Counted from the first letter of the stretch, positions 9,268 to 20,447 are shown. The stretch: 64,000 nucleotides of DNA from Lentisphaeria bacterium (GCA_041690595.1 JAWLHB010000006.1:62001-126000), one strand, 5' to 3'. Notes: generated by a model not told the origin, from the sequence alone. Program-made: numbers and translations.

Positions 9268-9996
9268 TCAAAATGGAATATCGTCGATCGGCTCATCGTC
9301 GTCGACATTGAATGCGTCGTTGTCCGCCGGCGCCGGATTGGCGGGGCGAGCATCCTTCGGAGGAAAGGGTGGCGCGTCCTGTTGCTGCCGCGGAGGCGAA
9401 GGAGCGCCGCGATTGTCACTGCGCGGTGCGGGTGCGCCACGACCATAGTCGCCACCACCGCCTGCCGCCGGAGCTCCACCACCGCGATTATAGCCGCCGC
9501 CTCCCTGAGGCTGACCGCCGCCGCGATTATAGCCACCGCCGCCGCCGCCGCCACCGCCGCGGTTGTAGCCGCCGCCCTGGGGCGGGGCTCCCTGAGGCTG
9601 ACCACGATAGCCACCTTCCTCGTCACCGCCGCCACCGCCGCCGTCATCGAACTCGGCTCGGTTCGGCCCAGAGAGGAACTGCACGCGATTCGCCAGAACC
9701 TTCAGCTTCGATCGCTTCTGACCTGTCTGGCGATCGTCCCACTCGTCCATCTTCAGTCGGCCCTCGACGAAAACAGGCGCGCCTTTGCGCAGGTACTGCT
9801 GACATGTCTCCGCCTGGCGCTGCCACACTTCGATGTCGACGAAGGTCGTTTCCTCGCGGCTCTCGCCCGCACGATCGGTATAGTTCCGGTTGACAGCCAA
9901 ACCCAGATTACAGACGGGGCTGCCACTCGGGGTATAGCGCAACTCCGGGTCGCGGGTCAGGTTGCCCATGAGCAGGACGGTGTTGTAGTTGGGCAT
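9268..9996 (-). CDS. ssb: Single-stranded DNA-binding protein with a long Gly-rich linker
   Basis: NTVLLMGNLTRDPELRYTPSG OB fold, VFVEGRL and a C-terminal DDIPF. Confidence 0.98.
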   Translation of the reverse strand: MPNYNTVLLMGNLTRDPELRYTPSGSPVCNLGLAVNRNYTDRAGESREETTFVDIEVWQRQAETCQQYLRKGAPVFVEGRLKMDEWDDRQTGQKRSKLKVLANRVQFLSGPNRAEFDDGGGGGGDEEGGYRGQPQGAPPQGGGYNRGGGGGGGGGYNRGGGQPQGGGGYNRGGGAPAAGGGGDYGRGAPAPRSDNRGAPSPPRQQQDAPPFPPKDARPANPAPADNDAFNVDDDEPIDDIPF

Positions 9997-10062
9997 GGCT
10001 TATCCTCTATCTGGCGTGGCGTGGCTGTACAGGGCCGTGCGGCCGATGATCCGGCAACATGG

Positions 10063-10395
10063 TCATTCGCGCTCGTCGGGTACCCGATTGTTCAACGTGA
10101 ACTTCTCGGGACGGTCAAAGATGAAGACTTCGAGGTGGAGCACGGCTTCATCCAGACGGTAGCGTTCCTTGAAGACCACCACCTGGCTTTCCGGCAGCTC
10201 GCAGACGATGCTCCAGTAGAGACCGGTGCTGCGCTTGCGCAACATGTATGCCATCTGCCGCTGCCCCATGTTGACGACTTCCGCGACGCTTCCGCCAAGC
10301 TCAGCAATGGTCGCTTCCGCCTTCTTCGCAAAAGCATTGCCGTTGTCGTCCACCTTCTGGTCATCCAGAATAAATATGGCTTCGTATTTTTTCAA
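10063..10395 (-). CDS. rpsF: 30S ribosomal protein S6 (TTG start)
   Basis: KKYEAIFIL...MGQRQMAYMLRKRSTGLY, located upstream of ssb-rpsR. Confidence 0.93.
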   Translation of the reverse strand: MKKYEAIFILDDQKVDDNGNAFAKKAEATIAELGGSVAEVVNMGQRQMAYMLRKRSTGLYWSIVCELPESQVVVFKERYRLDEAVLHLEVFIFDRPEKFTLNNRVPDERE

Positions 10396-11021
10396 ACTAC
10401 CGATTCTCCACGTTGATCGTTTTCGGTTGATTCACCAAGATCCAAACCATTATACGTATTCATCGCCGCCGTCAGGCCCCGGTGAACGCACAACATAGCC
10501 GCTTCCGCGGCCGCGTCAATCACCTGAGACAGCAATGACTCCTCTTCACGCTCAAATGGCGCCAACACATGTTCCACAAGTCGTCCCTGATAATCACTCT
10601 TGCCGATACCCAGTCGCAATCGCAGGAAATCCGCCGAAGCCAGCTCCATGATCAGGGACTCGATCCCGTTGTGACCGCCGCTGCTCCCTTTGCCGCGGAG
10701 CCGCAGACGCCCCAGTGGAAGATCCGCATCGTCATAGATCACCAATACTTCCGACGGTTCGAGCCCTTCGCGGCGCGCGATCGGCCCGGCAGCACGGCCA
10801 CTCAGATTCATGAAGGTGAGCGGCTTCTGCAACCAGATCTGACGGCCTCGGGCGCGAATCGACCAGACCAGGCTCTCCGCCACATGGTCGGCAGCCGCGC
10901 CGGCAGCGTGCTTCTCCAGCAGCCGATCAATCACCATGAAGCCGATATTGTGCCGGGTCGCTTCGTACTGTGAACCGGGATTTCCCAATCCCACAATCAA
11001 TCTGGGCAACGGCTGCGTCAT
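10392..11021 (-). CDS. pth: Peptidyl-tRNA hydrolase
   Basis: LIVGLGNPG..YEATRHNIGF, KPLTFMNLSG and GSSGGHNG. Confidence 0.98.
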   Translation of the reverse strand: MTQPLPRLIVGLGNPGSQYEATRHNIGFMVIDRLLEKHAAGAAADHVAESLVWSIRARGRQIWLQKPLTFMNLSGRAAGPIARREGLEPSEVLVIYDDADLPLGRLRLRGKGSSGGHNGIESLIMELASADFLRLRLGIGKSDYQGRLVEHVLAPFEREEESLLSQVIDAAAEAAMLCVHRGLTAAMNTYNGLDLGESTENDQRGESVV

Positions 11022-11087
11022 GATTATCAAGCTGCCATCCAGCCACTGCCCGCCATCCGTGGATCGTCGGCCGGACACTTGCCAGGG

Positions 11088-11723
11088 TTACTCGCTTTCC
11101 TCGTCCTCCTCGTCCTTGCCGATAAGCTCGGGTTCCAGCAGATCGCCTTCACCTTCCGCCGGCTCTGCTTCTTCCATGCGCGGCATCGAGCATGAGAAGA
11201 CGGGCATGTCCGCGTCGGTGTAAACCGCCTCAACGCCATTGGGCAGGGTCAAATCCGTAATGGTAACAACGTCATCGATGGCCATGTGAGAAACATCGTA
11301 TTCGATGCGCTCCGGCATGTCGCCAGGCAGGCATTCGATTTCGATTTCGTGCATGATCTGATCGAGCACCCCGCCATTGTCAACGCCCGCGGCTTCGCCA
11401 ACCGCGACCAGAGGCACCGTGGTGCTGATCTTCTCGTCCATGCGCACGATCTGAAAATCGACATGCGTGACGACGTCCTTGATACAGTCGCGCTGCATGC
11501 CGCGGACAAGGACCGGCTTGACATTGCCGCCAATGACCAGCTCCACCAGACCGTGAGCAGTAGCCACGGTGTGCACGGAATCAACTGGAATGGAAACCAT
11601 CGTGTTCTCAAGGCCATGCCCGTACACAATCGCGGGGATGCTGCCACTGCGCCGAAGACGGCCCGCGGCACCTTTGCCTTTATCAGTACGGAGTTGAACC
11701 TCTACTTTCGTTCTCTCAGCCAT
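11088..11723 (-). CDS. rplY: 50S ribosomal protein L25/general stress protein Ctc
   Basis: GKGAAGRLRRSGSIPAIVYG, HVDF and GGVLDQ, with an acidic tail. Upstream of pth. Confidence 0.96.
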   Translation of the reverse strand: MAERTKVEVQLRTDKGKGAAGRLRRSGSIPAIVYGHGLENTMVSIPVDSVHTVATAHGLVELVIGGNVKPVLVRGMQRDCIKDVVTHVDFQIVRMDEKISTTVPLVAVGEAAGVDNGGVLDQIMHEIEIECLPGDMPERIEYDVSHMAIDDVVTITDLTLPNGVEAVYTDADMPVFSCSMPRMEEAEPAEGEGDLLEPELIGKDEEDEESE

Positions 11724-11945
11724 AACAGGTGTCCTCGAGTTTTTGGCTATGCTGGCCCGGAAATCGGTGATGCCACAGTACGTCCACAATTAATGGATCG
11801 GAGGCAAAAGCTGGTAATATAGGCCGATTATGTGCCGGTGCAACCAGTCCGCCTCAGATTAATACGCGATGTGAGCGGCAAGCGTTTTGCAGCCGCCACT
11901 TCGCATGCTACGTTTGCACTCCTGACGATTCACCCGGAGAGCAAC

Positions 11946-13070
11946 ATGGGCCAGATATTCCTGATTACCGGTGACGACGATGCCAGCGTCGCCGAAGAAA
12001 CGCGAAAGATCCTTACCCAGCTTGTCGGCCCCGAACCCGATGAGTTCAGCATCGACCTCTTCAAGGAAGGTGACGACAAGTCTGCCGCCCAAGTGCTCGA
12101 AGAGCTTATCGCCTCCGTCAACACCCCCTCCTTTCTCGGCGGCGACAAGACCGTCTGCCTGCAGAATTTTTCTGCCTTCGGCGAAGAAGCGGCGGCCAAG
12201 GATAAGGATCCCAAGCCCGTGGCCAAGGCGCTGCGCCAACTGGCGGAGATGATCAAGGCGACCTTGCCGCCGGACCTCAATCTCATCCTCAGCGGCATCG
12301 GCATCGATTCGCGCAAAGGTCTCAATCGCGCCTGTACCGAGGCCGGCAAGGTCCTCGTCTTCAACAAGCCGGAGATGGGCAAGCGCAACTGGGAACGCGA
12401 GGTACAGGACCTGATCCGTCAGCGCGCGGCCGAGCGCCACATGAGGCTGACCCAGCCGATGCTCATGTACCTCACCGAGATCATCGGCACCAATACCGGC
12501 CGTGTCGTGCCGGAGCTGGAGAAACTCCTCTGCTACGCCGGCGAAGAGCCGACCATGGCGGAGCTGCGAGAGATCTGCGTCGGCACCCGGGAAGCCAGTC
12601 AGTTTGCTCTCTCGGACGCGTTTGGCTCCCGCAACCTCAATGAAGTCCTGACCGTCATCGATCAGACGCTGGCGCACAGCCGCAACGCCGACAACGAGTG
12701 CATCGGCCTCACCCGCCGCATCAGCGCCATCTTTCGGCGCATGCTCCACGTGAAGGCACTCATGTCTTACGAACGGATCGCCAATCCACGGACGCTCGGC
12801 GATCGCGTCCAGGCCATGAGCGACGCCGACAAGGCCAAATACCCTGGCAACGAATGCTTCGGCATGCATCCCTTCTACCTGCAGAACATTGCCAAGGGGG
12901 CCTCGAACTACAGCCCCCATGAGCTTCTCGACATTCTCTCCTGGCTTGCCCAGTTCGACCGCCTCAATGTCTCCTCCTCGATGCCGAGGCGACTGATGTT
13001 CGAGACATTGGCCGTCCGCATCATCACCGGTCACCGTACCTCCGCGCGGCAATCCGCCGCCGCCCACTGA
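11946..13070 (+). CDS. holA: DNA polymerase III delta subunit
   Basis: IFLITGDD N-terminus, TPSFLGGDKTV, ELEKLLCY, FALSDA and HPFY in the C-terminal region. Confidence 0.82.
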   Translation: MGQIFLITGDDDASVAEETRKILTQLVGPEPDEFSIDLFKEGDDKSAAQVLEELIASVNTPSFLGGDKTVCLQNFSAFGEEAAAKDKDPKPVAKALRQLAEMIKATLPPDLNLILSGIGIDSRKGLNRACTEAGKVLVFNKPEMGKRNWEREVQDLIRQRAAERHMRLTQPMLMYLTEIIGTNTGRVVPELEKLLCYAGEEPTMAELREICVGTREASQFALSDAFGSRNLNEVLTVIDQTLAHSRNADNECIGLTRRISAIFRRMLHVKALMSYERIANPRTLGDRVQAMSDADKAKYPGNECFGMHPFYLQNIAKGASNYSPHELLDILSWLAQFDRLNVSSSMPRRLMFETLAVRIITGHRTSARQSAAAH

Positions 13071-13164
13071 AGATTCCGCGACGGCAACCGGTCTCGCCAC
13101 TTGCCCCAAGCTGCAAGGTGCGGTACGTTGGCAGCAGGTACAACCCGTAACGACCGAGGCTGCC

Positions 13165-14412
13165 ATGACCATCCTTCGCTTTCTGCTGACCCTCTGCGCA
13201 TTGGGCGCCCTGACCAGCGGCTGCAGTCGCCAGAAGAATCAGGGCGATGCTGCTGCCGTCTCCATCGAGTTCTGGCATATCCAGACCTACGAACCGACCA
13301 AACCCATCGTGGATGCCGCCATCGCCCGAGCGGAAGAAGCCCACGCGGGGCTGCAAGTTCGCGCGGAAGCCATCAAGAACGACCCGCTGAAGACCAAACT
13401 GGCGACCGCCATGGGAGCCGGCACACAGCCCGACGTCTTTCACACCTGGGGTGGTGGCGGTCTCGCCGCCTACGCCCAGTACAATCTGGTGATGGATCTC
13501 TCCGCGGCCGTGCCCGAAACCGTCGCCCGTCTTCATCCCGCCGCCCTCGACTTCTGCCGTACCGGCGGCAAGCTGCATGCCCTGCCGGTGGACGTGAGCC
13601 TGATCCCCATGTGGTACAATACCAAGTTGTTCAAGCAGGCCGGCGTCACGCCGCCGGAGAGCATCGACGAGTTTTTCGCCGTCTGCGCCACGCTTCAGGA
13701 AAAGGGCATTCGCCCGCTGGCGCTGGGCAACGCCGAAAGCTGGCCGGGCGCTTTCTACTTCATCTACTTTGCCACCCGCTTTGGCGGGAGCGAGGCGCTG
13801 GAAGCCAATCGTTTCACGGATCGGGCCTTCATTTCCGCCGGCGAACAGGTGCAGCGTCTGGTCGAGAGCGACTTCTTCAATCCCGGCTTCAACGGCTTCA
13901 GCTACGATGAGGCGCGACGGTTGTTCTTCAAGGGTGAAGCCGCGATGATGCTGATGGGGCCATGGCTCGAGGCGCACGCCCAGGAAGAGGCGCCCGATTT
14001 CCTCCCCAGCATGGCAGCCTTTCCCTTTCCCGGTGCCGGACTCCAGGCGGACTGGGATGCGACGGTGGTCGGCGGCGTCAACGCCGGTTATGCGATCAGC
14101 GCCAACACTGCCGCTCCCGCCGAATGCCTGACCCTGCTCAGTCATCTGGCCGACGATCAGGCCATGAAGGAATGGGCCGCCACCGGCCGTCTTCCGGCCC
14201 TGCGCCGGGAAGCCTACGAAGCCTTGATCGGCGAGCCCACGCCGCTGGCCCGCATGCTCTTTGCCGCCCCCAGAATCCAGATGTACTATGACCAGTTTCT
14301 GCCGCCGCGCCTGGCCTCCCTGCACAAGAGCACCACGCAGCAGCTTTTCGCCCTCCAACTGACGCCATCGGCTGCCGCCAAGCTGATGGCGGAAGCCTAT
14401 CTCGACGAATGA
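13165..14412 (+). CDS. Carbohydrate ABC transporter substrate-binding lipoprotein
   Basis: Lipobox LTSGC, PDVFHTWGGG, WYNTKLF and FFKGEAAMMLMGPW. Confidence 0.93.
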   Translation: MTILRFLLTLCALGALTSGCSRQKNQGDAAAVSIEFWHIQTYEPTKPIVDAAIARAEEAHAGLQVRAEAIKNDPLKTKLATAMGAGTQPDVFHTWGGGGLAAYAQYNLVMDLSAAVPETVARLHPAALDFCRTGGKLHALPVDVSLIPMWYNTKLFKQAGVTPPESIDEFFAVCATLQEKGIRPLALGNAESWPGAFYFIYFATRFGGSEALEANRFTDRAFISAGEQVQRLVESDFFNPGFNGFSYDEARRLFFKGEAAMMLMGPWLEAHAQEEAPDFLPSMAAFPFPGAGLQADWDATVVGGVNAGYAISANTAAPAECLTLLSHLADDQAMKEWAATGRLPALRREAYEALIGEPTPLARMLFAAPRIQMYYDQFLPPRLASLHKSTTQQLFALQLTPSAAAKLMAEAYLDE

Positions 14413-15242
14413 ACAAGCGCCGCGGAGTTACCGGCCTGCTCTTTGCGCTTCCGGCCGCGGTTGTCTACCTGCCATTGCTGGCGATTCCCCTCGTCTACAC
14501 CTTTGCCCTCTCCCTGCACCGCTGGGATGGCCTGGCGCCAAGCTGGCGCTGGTATGGCCTCGGCAACTACAGCTCCCTGCTGAACGACCGCATCTTCTGG
14601 ATCGCCCTCTGGCACAACCTCCTGCTGATTGGCGTCTCCCTCGTCGTGCAGTTGCCGCTCGGACTGGCGCTGGCCCTGCTGTTGCGACGCGCCGGTCGGC
14701 TGACCGGCCTCATCCGTACCAGCATTTTCATCCCTTACATCCTGCCGACGGTGGTGATCGCCCTGGTCTGGCGCCTGCTCTTCACCCGCGCGGTGCCGAC
14801 ACTTTACGGCGACGCCCAGTGGATGCTGCCCCTGGTGATTGTCGCCATCAGCTGGCGTTTCATCGGCTTCCACATGGTCCTCTACCTGGCCGGCCTGGCC
14901 ACCATCGATCCCCAACTCGAGGAGGCGGCAACCCTCGACGGCGCCGGTCACTGGGCGATCTTTCGCCACATCACCCTGCCCCTGCTCAAACCCGTCCTGG
15001 TCGTCTCCGCTACTCTCGCCGTGATCGGCTCCATCAAGTACTTCGACATTGTCTATGTGATGGCGGGCGGCGATCCGCCCCAGAGCACCGAACTGCTGGC
15101 GACCTACATGTTCGAGCAGGGCTTTGACGCGCGCCGCTTCGGCTATGCCTCCGCTATTGCCGTGGCCATGGTTGCCGCCGCCGGCCTCGGCGCCGGTATC
15201 ATCTGGCTGGCAACACGCGTGCGCGTGGGGAGGCGATCATGA
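14409..15242 (+). CDS. Carbohydrate ABC transporter permease (MalF-like)
   Basis: Multiple TM helices and the EAA loop LEEAATLDGA. Confidence 0.95.
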   Translation: MNKRRGVTGLLFALPAAVVYLPLLAIPLVYTFALSLHRWDGLAPSWRWYGLGNYSSLLNDRIFWIALWHNLLLIGVSLVVQLPLGLALALLLRRAGRLTGLIRTSIFIPYILPTVVIALVWRLLFTRAVPTLYGDAQWMLPLVIVAISWRFIGFHMVLYLAGLATIDPQLEEAATLDGAGHWAIFRHITLPLLKPVLVVSATLAVIGSIKYFDIVYVMAGGDPPQSTELLATYMFEQGFDARRFGYASAIAVAMVAAAGLGAGIIWLATRVRVGRRS

Positions 15243-16069
15243 AGCGACTGGGCTTCATTCCGCGGCTGACGGTGCTTCTCCTCGCCGCCGCGATCACGCT
15301 CTATCCGCTGCTCTGGATGGCCTTCACGTCGCTGAAGACGAACGCGCAGATTCACCGCCAGCTCTGGCTGCCGGACAGTTCCCCCACCCTTGCCAACTAT
15401 CAGGTCGTCTGGGAGAGCGCCCACTTCTGGCGCTTCATGCTCAACTCGCTGGCGATTACCGGAGGGACGGTGGCGATCCTCCTCTTCCTGGGCGCCCTGG
15501 CCGGCTACGGCTTCGGGCGCTTCGACTTTCGCGGCAAGCACGCTCTCTGGCTCCTTTTCCTCGGCGGCCTTTTTCTGCCGGTTCATGCCACTCTGATCCC
15601 ACTGCACCGGCTGCAGGCAACGCTGGGCATGACGCGCGGCTGGTACTCGCTCGCCTTCCTGGGCGCCATTTACCTCGCCTTCAATCTCTCCTTTACCGTC
15701 TACTTCCTGCGCGGTTTCTTCACTGCCATCCCCGATGAACTGGAGGATGCCGCCCGAGTTGACGGCTGCACCAGCTTCGGGGTCTTCTGGCGGGTCATGC
15801 TGCCGCTCAGCCTGCCGGCCCTGACCGTCACCGGCCTGATCAATGCCGTGATGATCTGGAACGAGTTCATCTTTGCGCTGGTCCTGCTGCACGACACCTC
15901 CGCCCAGACGCTGCCCCGCGCCGTCATGCGCTTCTCGGACGAGACCTCCCTCGACCTGGCGCTGACGACAGCCGCCCTCTCCCTCACCGTCTTCCCCGTG
16001 ATCGTCCTCTTCATCGCCGGGCAACGCTGGATCATCCGCGGCCTGACCGCCGGCGCCATCAAGGGATAG
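15239..16069 (+). CDS. Carbohydrate ABC transporter permease (MalG-like)
   Basis: [17 protein letters not shown] and a C-terminal GLTAGAIKG. Confidence 0.95.
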   Translation: MKRLGFIPRLTVLLLAAAITLYPLLWMAFTSLKTNAQIHRQLWLPDSSPTLANYQVVWESAHFWRFMLNSLAITGGTVAILLFLGALAGYGFGRFDFRGKHALWLLFLGGLFLPVHATLIPLHRLQATLGMTRGWYSLAFLGAIYLAFNLSFTVYFLRGFFTAIPDELEDAARVDGCTSFGVFWRVMLPLSLPALTVTGLINAVMIWNEFIFALVLLHDTSAQTLPRAVMRFSDETSLDLALTTAALSLTVFPVIVLFIAGQRWIIRGLTAGAIKG

Positions 16070-16097
16070 TTCCTCACCGCTTGCAGGAGATCTGAAG

Positions 16098-17597
16098 ATG
16101 AGTCCGTATATCGCCGCCATCGACCAGGGCACCACCAGCACCCGGTGCCTCATCTATGACGATCGCGCTCAGGTCCAGGCCGTGGTCCAGAAGGAGCACC
16201 GCCAGCACTTCCCCCGCGCCGGTTGGGTCGAGCACGATCCCGACGAGATCATGTCAAACACCCGCCAGTTGCTGGCCGACGCCATCACCCGTGCGGGGCT
16301 GCCCGCCGACGCTCTTGCTTGCATCGGCATCACCAATCAGCGGGAGACTCTGGTTGTCTGGGATCCGCGCACCGGACGGCCGTGGCACCCAGCCATCGTC
16401 TGGCAGGACACCCGCAGCCGGGAAATCTGCGACCGGCTCACCCGCGATGGGCATGCCCGCCTTTTCCGCGAACGAACCGGTCTGCCCACCGCCACCTACT
16501 TTACCGGGCCGAAGCTCCGCTGGCTCCTCGACCATGTTGACGGGCTGAGCGAGGCGGCCGCGGCGGGACGTGCCATCGCCGGCACCATCGACAGCTGGCT
16601 GATCTGGAATCTCACCGGTGGTCCCGAAGGAGGCGCCCATGTCACGGATGTCACCAACGCCTCCCGCACCATGCTGATGGATCTGCGCACCTTGGACTGG
16701 TCGCCCGATTGCCTGGAAATACTCGACATCCCGCGCGAGATGCTGCCGCGCATTGTGCCCAACAACGCTCCCGGCGGCTGGGGAGTCACCCGCCTCGGGG
16801 GTGCCTCCATACCCGTCTGTGCCGCCCTCGGCGATCAACAGGCCGCCATGCTCGGGCAGCTTTGTCTCACGCCGGGGAGCGCCAAGAACACCTATGGAAC
16901 GGGCTGTTTCATGCTCCTGAATACCGGCAAGGAGATCGTCACCTCGGAGCATGGCCTGTTGACCACCGTCGCCAGTCACCTCCACGGCGACTCGCCGCGG
17001 TATGCGCTTGAAGGCTCCGTGGCCATCGCCGGCTCGCTGGTGCAGTGGTTGCGCGACAATCTGGGGATGATCGAGACTTCCAGCGATATCGAAGCGCTTG
17101 CCTGCGGTGTCGACGACAGCGGCGGTCTCTACTTCGTGCCCGCCTTTTCCGGCCTCTTCGCCCCCTACTGGCGCGCCGATGCCAGAGGCATTCTGATCGG
17201 GCTCACGCATTACATAACCAAGGCCCACATCGCGCGTGCGGTGCTGGAGGCGACCGCCTACCAGACGCGCGAGGTCCTCGACGCCATGCAGGCGGATGCA
17301 GGCGCGAAGCTGGCCGACCTGCGGGTTGACGGCGGCATGACGGCGAACGCCCTGCTCATGCAGTTCCAGGCGGATATCCTCGGGATCCCGGTTGTCCGCC
17401 CCGCAAACACCGAAACCACCGCCATGGGCGCCGCCTTCGCCGCGGGTCTCGCCGCCGGCATCTGGGAAAGCACCGATGACCTGAGCACCTTCTGGCAGCC
17501 CGATTCCGTCTGGAGCCCTGCCATCGATACCGACCGACGCGAACGCCTGCTCAGCGGCTGGAAGGACGCCGTTCAGCGCAGCTTCAACCTGGCCTGA
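16098..17597 (+). CDS. glpK: Glycerol kinase
   Basis: [49 protein letters not shown] and [12 protein letters not shown]. Confidence 0.97.
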   Translation: MSPYIAAIDQGTTSTRCLIYDDRAQVQAVVQKEHRQHFPRAGWVEHDPDEIMSNTRQLLADAITRAGLPADALACIGITNQRETLVVWDPRTGRPWHPAIVWQDTRSREICDRLTRDGHARLFRERTGLPTATYFTGPKLRWLLDHVDGLSEAAAAGRAIAGTIDSWLIWNLTGGPEGGAHVTDVTNASRTMLMDLRTLDWSPDCLEILDIPREMLPRIVPNNAPGGWGVTRLGGASIPVCAALGDQQAAMLGQLCLTPGSAKNTYGTGCFMLLNTGKEIVTSEHGLLTTVASHLHGDSPRYALEGSVAIAGSLVQWLRDNLGMIETSSDIEALACGVDDSGGLYFVPAFSGLFAPYWRADARGILIGLTHYITKAHIARAVLEATAYQTREVLDAMQADAGAKLADLRVDGGMTANALLMQFQADILGIPVVRPANTETTAMGAAFAAGLAAGIWESTDDLSTFWQPDSVWSPAIDTDRRERLLSGWKDAVQRSFNLA

Positions 17598-17604
17598 CAG
17601 GCGC

Positions 17605-19203
17605 TCAGTGATCGGGGACGAACATCTGCTGGTCGCCGCTCTCGATAGGAATCTCTCCATAGGTGTCGATGGTAAAGGCCTGCCAGTAGCACTTCCAGCG
17701 TGCATCGCTCGACAACTCGTCACGGAGGCGCGCCAGCATGTCGCGCCGCACCGCATCGTACGTTGGATCGTTGATCAGGTTGACCGCATCGGCAGCGTCG
17801 AGATCGTAGAGTTCGTCCGTCTCCGAGCACAGGTTGTAAACGTAGCGGTAGTGATCGCCCGGGCCGAGGTAGCGGTGGATCGCTATCGCGGGATTCGGCG
17901 CGATGTGCCAACCCGCTTCCCAGAGGAAGGGGCGCGCGCGCTCGGCATTGGGAGCATCGAGTCGCCGGTACAGGCTCTCGCCATCCAGACGGGCGATCGG
18001 CGTCATGCCCGCCGCCTCACAGAAGGTCGGCGCCAGGTCGAGCAGGCTCACCGGCGATAGAATGGTCTCCCCTCCACGCCGGTTCTCCGGCAGCTTCCAC
18101 AACAGGGGGACGCGGGCGATCTTTGGATGGCCATAGACCCCCTTGTCAATCAAGCCCTGCTCCAGATTCATCTCGCCATGATCCGCGGTCAGCACCATCA
18201 TCGCCTCGTCATAAAGGCCCCGTTCACGCAAGCCGCCGATAAATGTACCCAGCGCACGGTCGATCACCTCCATCTGCAGGATGTGCGCGATCAGGTAGTC
18301 GCGAGCGGTCTCCTCCTGGTAAAGCCCCCAGTTCCGGCGATAGGTGCGATAGACTTTGGGTTGCGGCCCGAAGGCGCCGTCGCCCTCGCGCAACCAGCGC
18401 AGGTATCCATCCGGCAGCTCGACCGACGCCCGAAGCTCCGCTTCCCGCTGCTCGAAACCGGCTGGGATGAGAAAAGGCTGATGCGGCGCGAAGAGATCGA
18501 CATGCAGGTACAGCGGTTCGTCCCGTCGCCGCATCAACATGCTGTCCAGAAAGGCCAGGGCGCGCTGGACAAGGTAGTGCGGATAGGTCGCTTCGATCGG
18601 GAAGGGCTTCCCATCCTCCTGCTCCAGCCAGCCGCCATAGTGATTGCCAGGGGTCCGGCGATCCGGCTTCACCCCCTGAATCTCGCGGGAAAAGCGGAAC
18701 TTGCCCACGCCCATGCCGCGCAGGTACTGGTGGTACTCGGGATCGTCCCAGATCGGTGGCGCCCAGCGATTCCAGGGGCTGCACGCTTCACCAAAGGCAT
18801 CGGCGAACTTCTGCACCCCGATATGACTCTTGCCGACATGCGCGGTCAGGTAGCCGCCCGCCTTCAGGTACTCCGGGTAAATGGCATCGTCCGGCCGCAC
18901 CTGCAGTTCATAGCCCGTGTGGGCGCGCTCCTCGTTGATGACTATGTACGGGTAGCGTCCGGTATACATCGCGGCGCGGCTCGGCCCGCACAAGGGCGAA
19001 TTCGCGAAGGCATTGTCGAAGCAGATGCTCTCCGCCGCCAGCGCCTGCCAGTTCGGCATCCGCATCTGCTCCAGAAAGGGGCTCGGCTGCCGATAGAGAT
19101 CCGGCGCCACCATGTCCATGCTGAAGACAAAGATGCTCGGCCGCTCCGCCGCTGCCTGCCGCTTGTACGGATGCCGCCCCTCGCGCGCGCTCAAATAATC
19201 CAC
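17605..19203 (-). CDS. Sulfatase (formylglycine-dependent, Cys type), probably cytoplasmic
   Basis: CGPSRAAMYTG (CxPxR), VGKSH, APHQP, TADHGE and ELYDL. GTG start with a GAAAGGAG RBS. Confidence 0.92.
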   Translation of the reverse strand: MDYLSAREGRHPYKRQAAAERPSIFVFSMDMVAPDLYRQPSPFLEQMRMPNWQALAAESICFDNAFANSPLCGPSRAAMYTGRYPYIVINEERAHTGYELQVRPDDAIYPEYLKAGGYLTAHVGKSHIGVQKFADAFGEACSPWNRWAPPIWDDPEYHQYLRGMGVGKFRFSREIQGVKPDRRTPGNHYGGWLEQEDGKPFPIEATYPHYLVQRALAFLDSMLMRRRDEPLYLHVDLFAPHQPFLIPAGFEQREAELRASVELPDGYLRWLREGDGAFGPQPKVYRTYRRNWGLYQEETARDYLIAHILQMEVIDRALGTFIGGLRERGLYDEAMMVLTADHGEMNLEQGLIDKGVYGHPKIARVPLLWKLPENRRGGETILSPVSLLDLAPTFCEAAGMTPIARLDGESLYRRLDAPNAERARPFLWEAGWHIAPNPAIAIHRYLGPGDHYRYVYNLCSETDELYDLDAADAVNLINDPTYDAVRRDMLARLRDELSSDARWKCYWQAFTIDTYGEIPIESGDQQMFVPDH

Positions 19204-19614
19204 CGTGCCTCTCCTTTCTGCCTGAACTGTTACACCCTTCCAGAAGAAATCTATCCCGCGTCTCCATGAAGGCAAGGATCCCGACACGGTTTCGTAAGCT
19301 GAGAGACTTGTGCCAATGCGCAGCAGTAGATGAAGAAGTCATAGATGATGAAGCTATGCAGAATCGGAAAGACTTTTTAGAATCATAACAAACTCCTGAT
19401 CTCCATAACTTACTCTCCCACAGGCACTTACAACTTCCATATCAACTATTTTGACTTCCTCTTGAAATTCCGGTTGTATCCTGAAGAGGAAAAAACATAG
19501 ACTAGTCATGGTTCCTGACGCAATAAACCACCTGAAGGCGGCGCATGCCAACGGCATTCCCTCCTGCTGATGCCAGCACACGGCATCCGACTCCATATGG
19601 AACGGAGCATGACC

Positions 19615-20424
19615 ATGTCATCATACCAGAGATACCAGTCCAAACGCAGGTTCGTATTGATGGCCATCGTATTCCTGCCGACGATGGCGATTATTGCCGG
19701 CATCGGAGCCATCGGGCTCTATACAGAAGTACCTGTCTCGATCTTCACGCGCGATCTCCTCGCCATCGCCGAGCTGCCGGTTTATGCCGGTTCAGTGTCG
19801 ACTGTGGGCTTCATGCTGTGGGCAAGCGCCGCTGCTTTGTGCTTTCTCACCGCGTTCGTGCTGCACCGGGTGCGCGTGGAACCGCAACTCCGCAACTATA
19901 TGATCCTGGCCGGCATCCTGACCTTGGCGTTGTTGGTGGACGATGCGTTCATGATTCATGAACATGCGCCGTCGCTGGGGATCTCCAGCGAGCTCGTCTT
20001 CGTATTCCACGGCATCTTTCTGGCAGTACTCCTTGTACGCCATGCACGAGAGATTCTGCGAACCGACTATATCCTGTTGCTGGCAGCCCTGCTCTTCCTG
20101 GGGGCGTCGGTTCTCATCGACAAGCTGCACGATTACAAGATACTGTGGGACCTCGGCATCCGCAGCTACGGCTTGATGTATCTGATGGAAGATGGCTTCA
20201 AGCTGTTGGGCATCGTTGGCTGGTGCACCTACTTCATGTGGACGAGCTACGAGCTCCTGACAGGTACCATGGAGTCAATCACGAATCGCTCCGTCATAAG
20301 CTCGCGAGATCGGGAAGAGTTGGCGCCAGCTGCGCCTGCACGGCCTCCCGTACCAACGGCGTCGGCATGCCTGCGACGCCGGGAACAGCCGAGGCAGGAG
20401 GCGAAAGCCCTGGATAACACGTAG
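19615..20424 (+). CDS. Uncharacterised polytopic membrane protein (start uncertain: 19570, 19597 or 19615)
   Basis: About 7 hydrophobic segments with polar motifs DDAFMIHEH and EDGFK. Coding-like codon usage. Confidence 0.75.
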   Translation: MSSYQRYQSKRRFVLMAIVFLPTMAIIAGIGAIGLYTEVPVSIFTRDLLAIAELPVYAGSVSTVGFMLWASAAALCFLTAFVLHRVRVEPQLRNYMILAGILTLALLVDDAFMIHEHAPSLGISSELVFVFHGIFLAVLLVRHAREILRTDYILLLAALLFLGASVLIDKLHDYKILWDLGIRSYGLMYLMEDGFKLLGIVGWCTYFMWTSYELLTGTMESITNRSVISSRDREELAPAAPARPPVPTASACLRRREQPRQEAKALDNT

Positions 20425-20447
20425 CCCAGCTACAGGTGCTTCCCTGA

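Noticed and set aside
19354..19596. 80-aa minus-strand ORF in the AT-rich region
   Set aside because: Its composition is atypical, it has no motif or clear RBS, and it overlaps a likely divergent promoter region.
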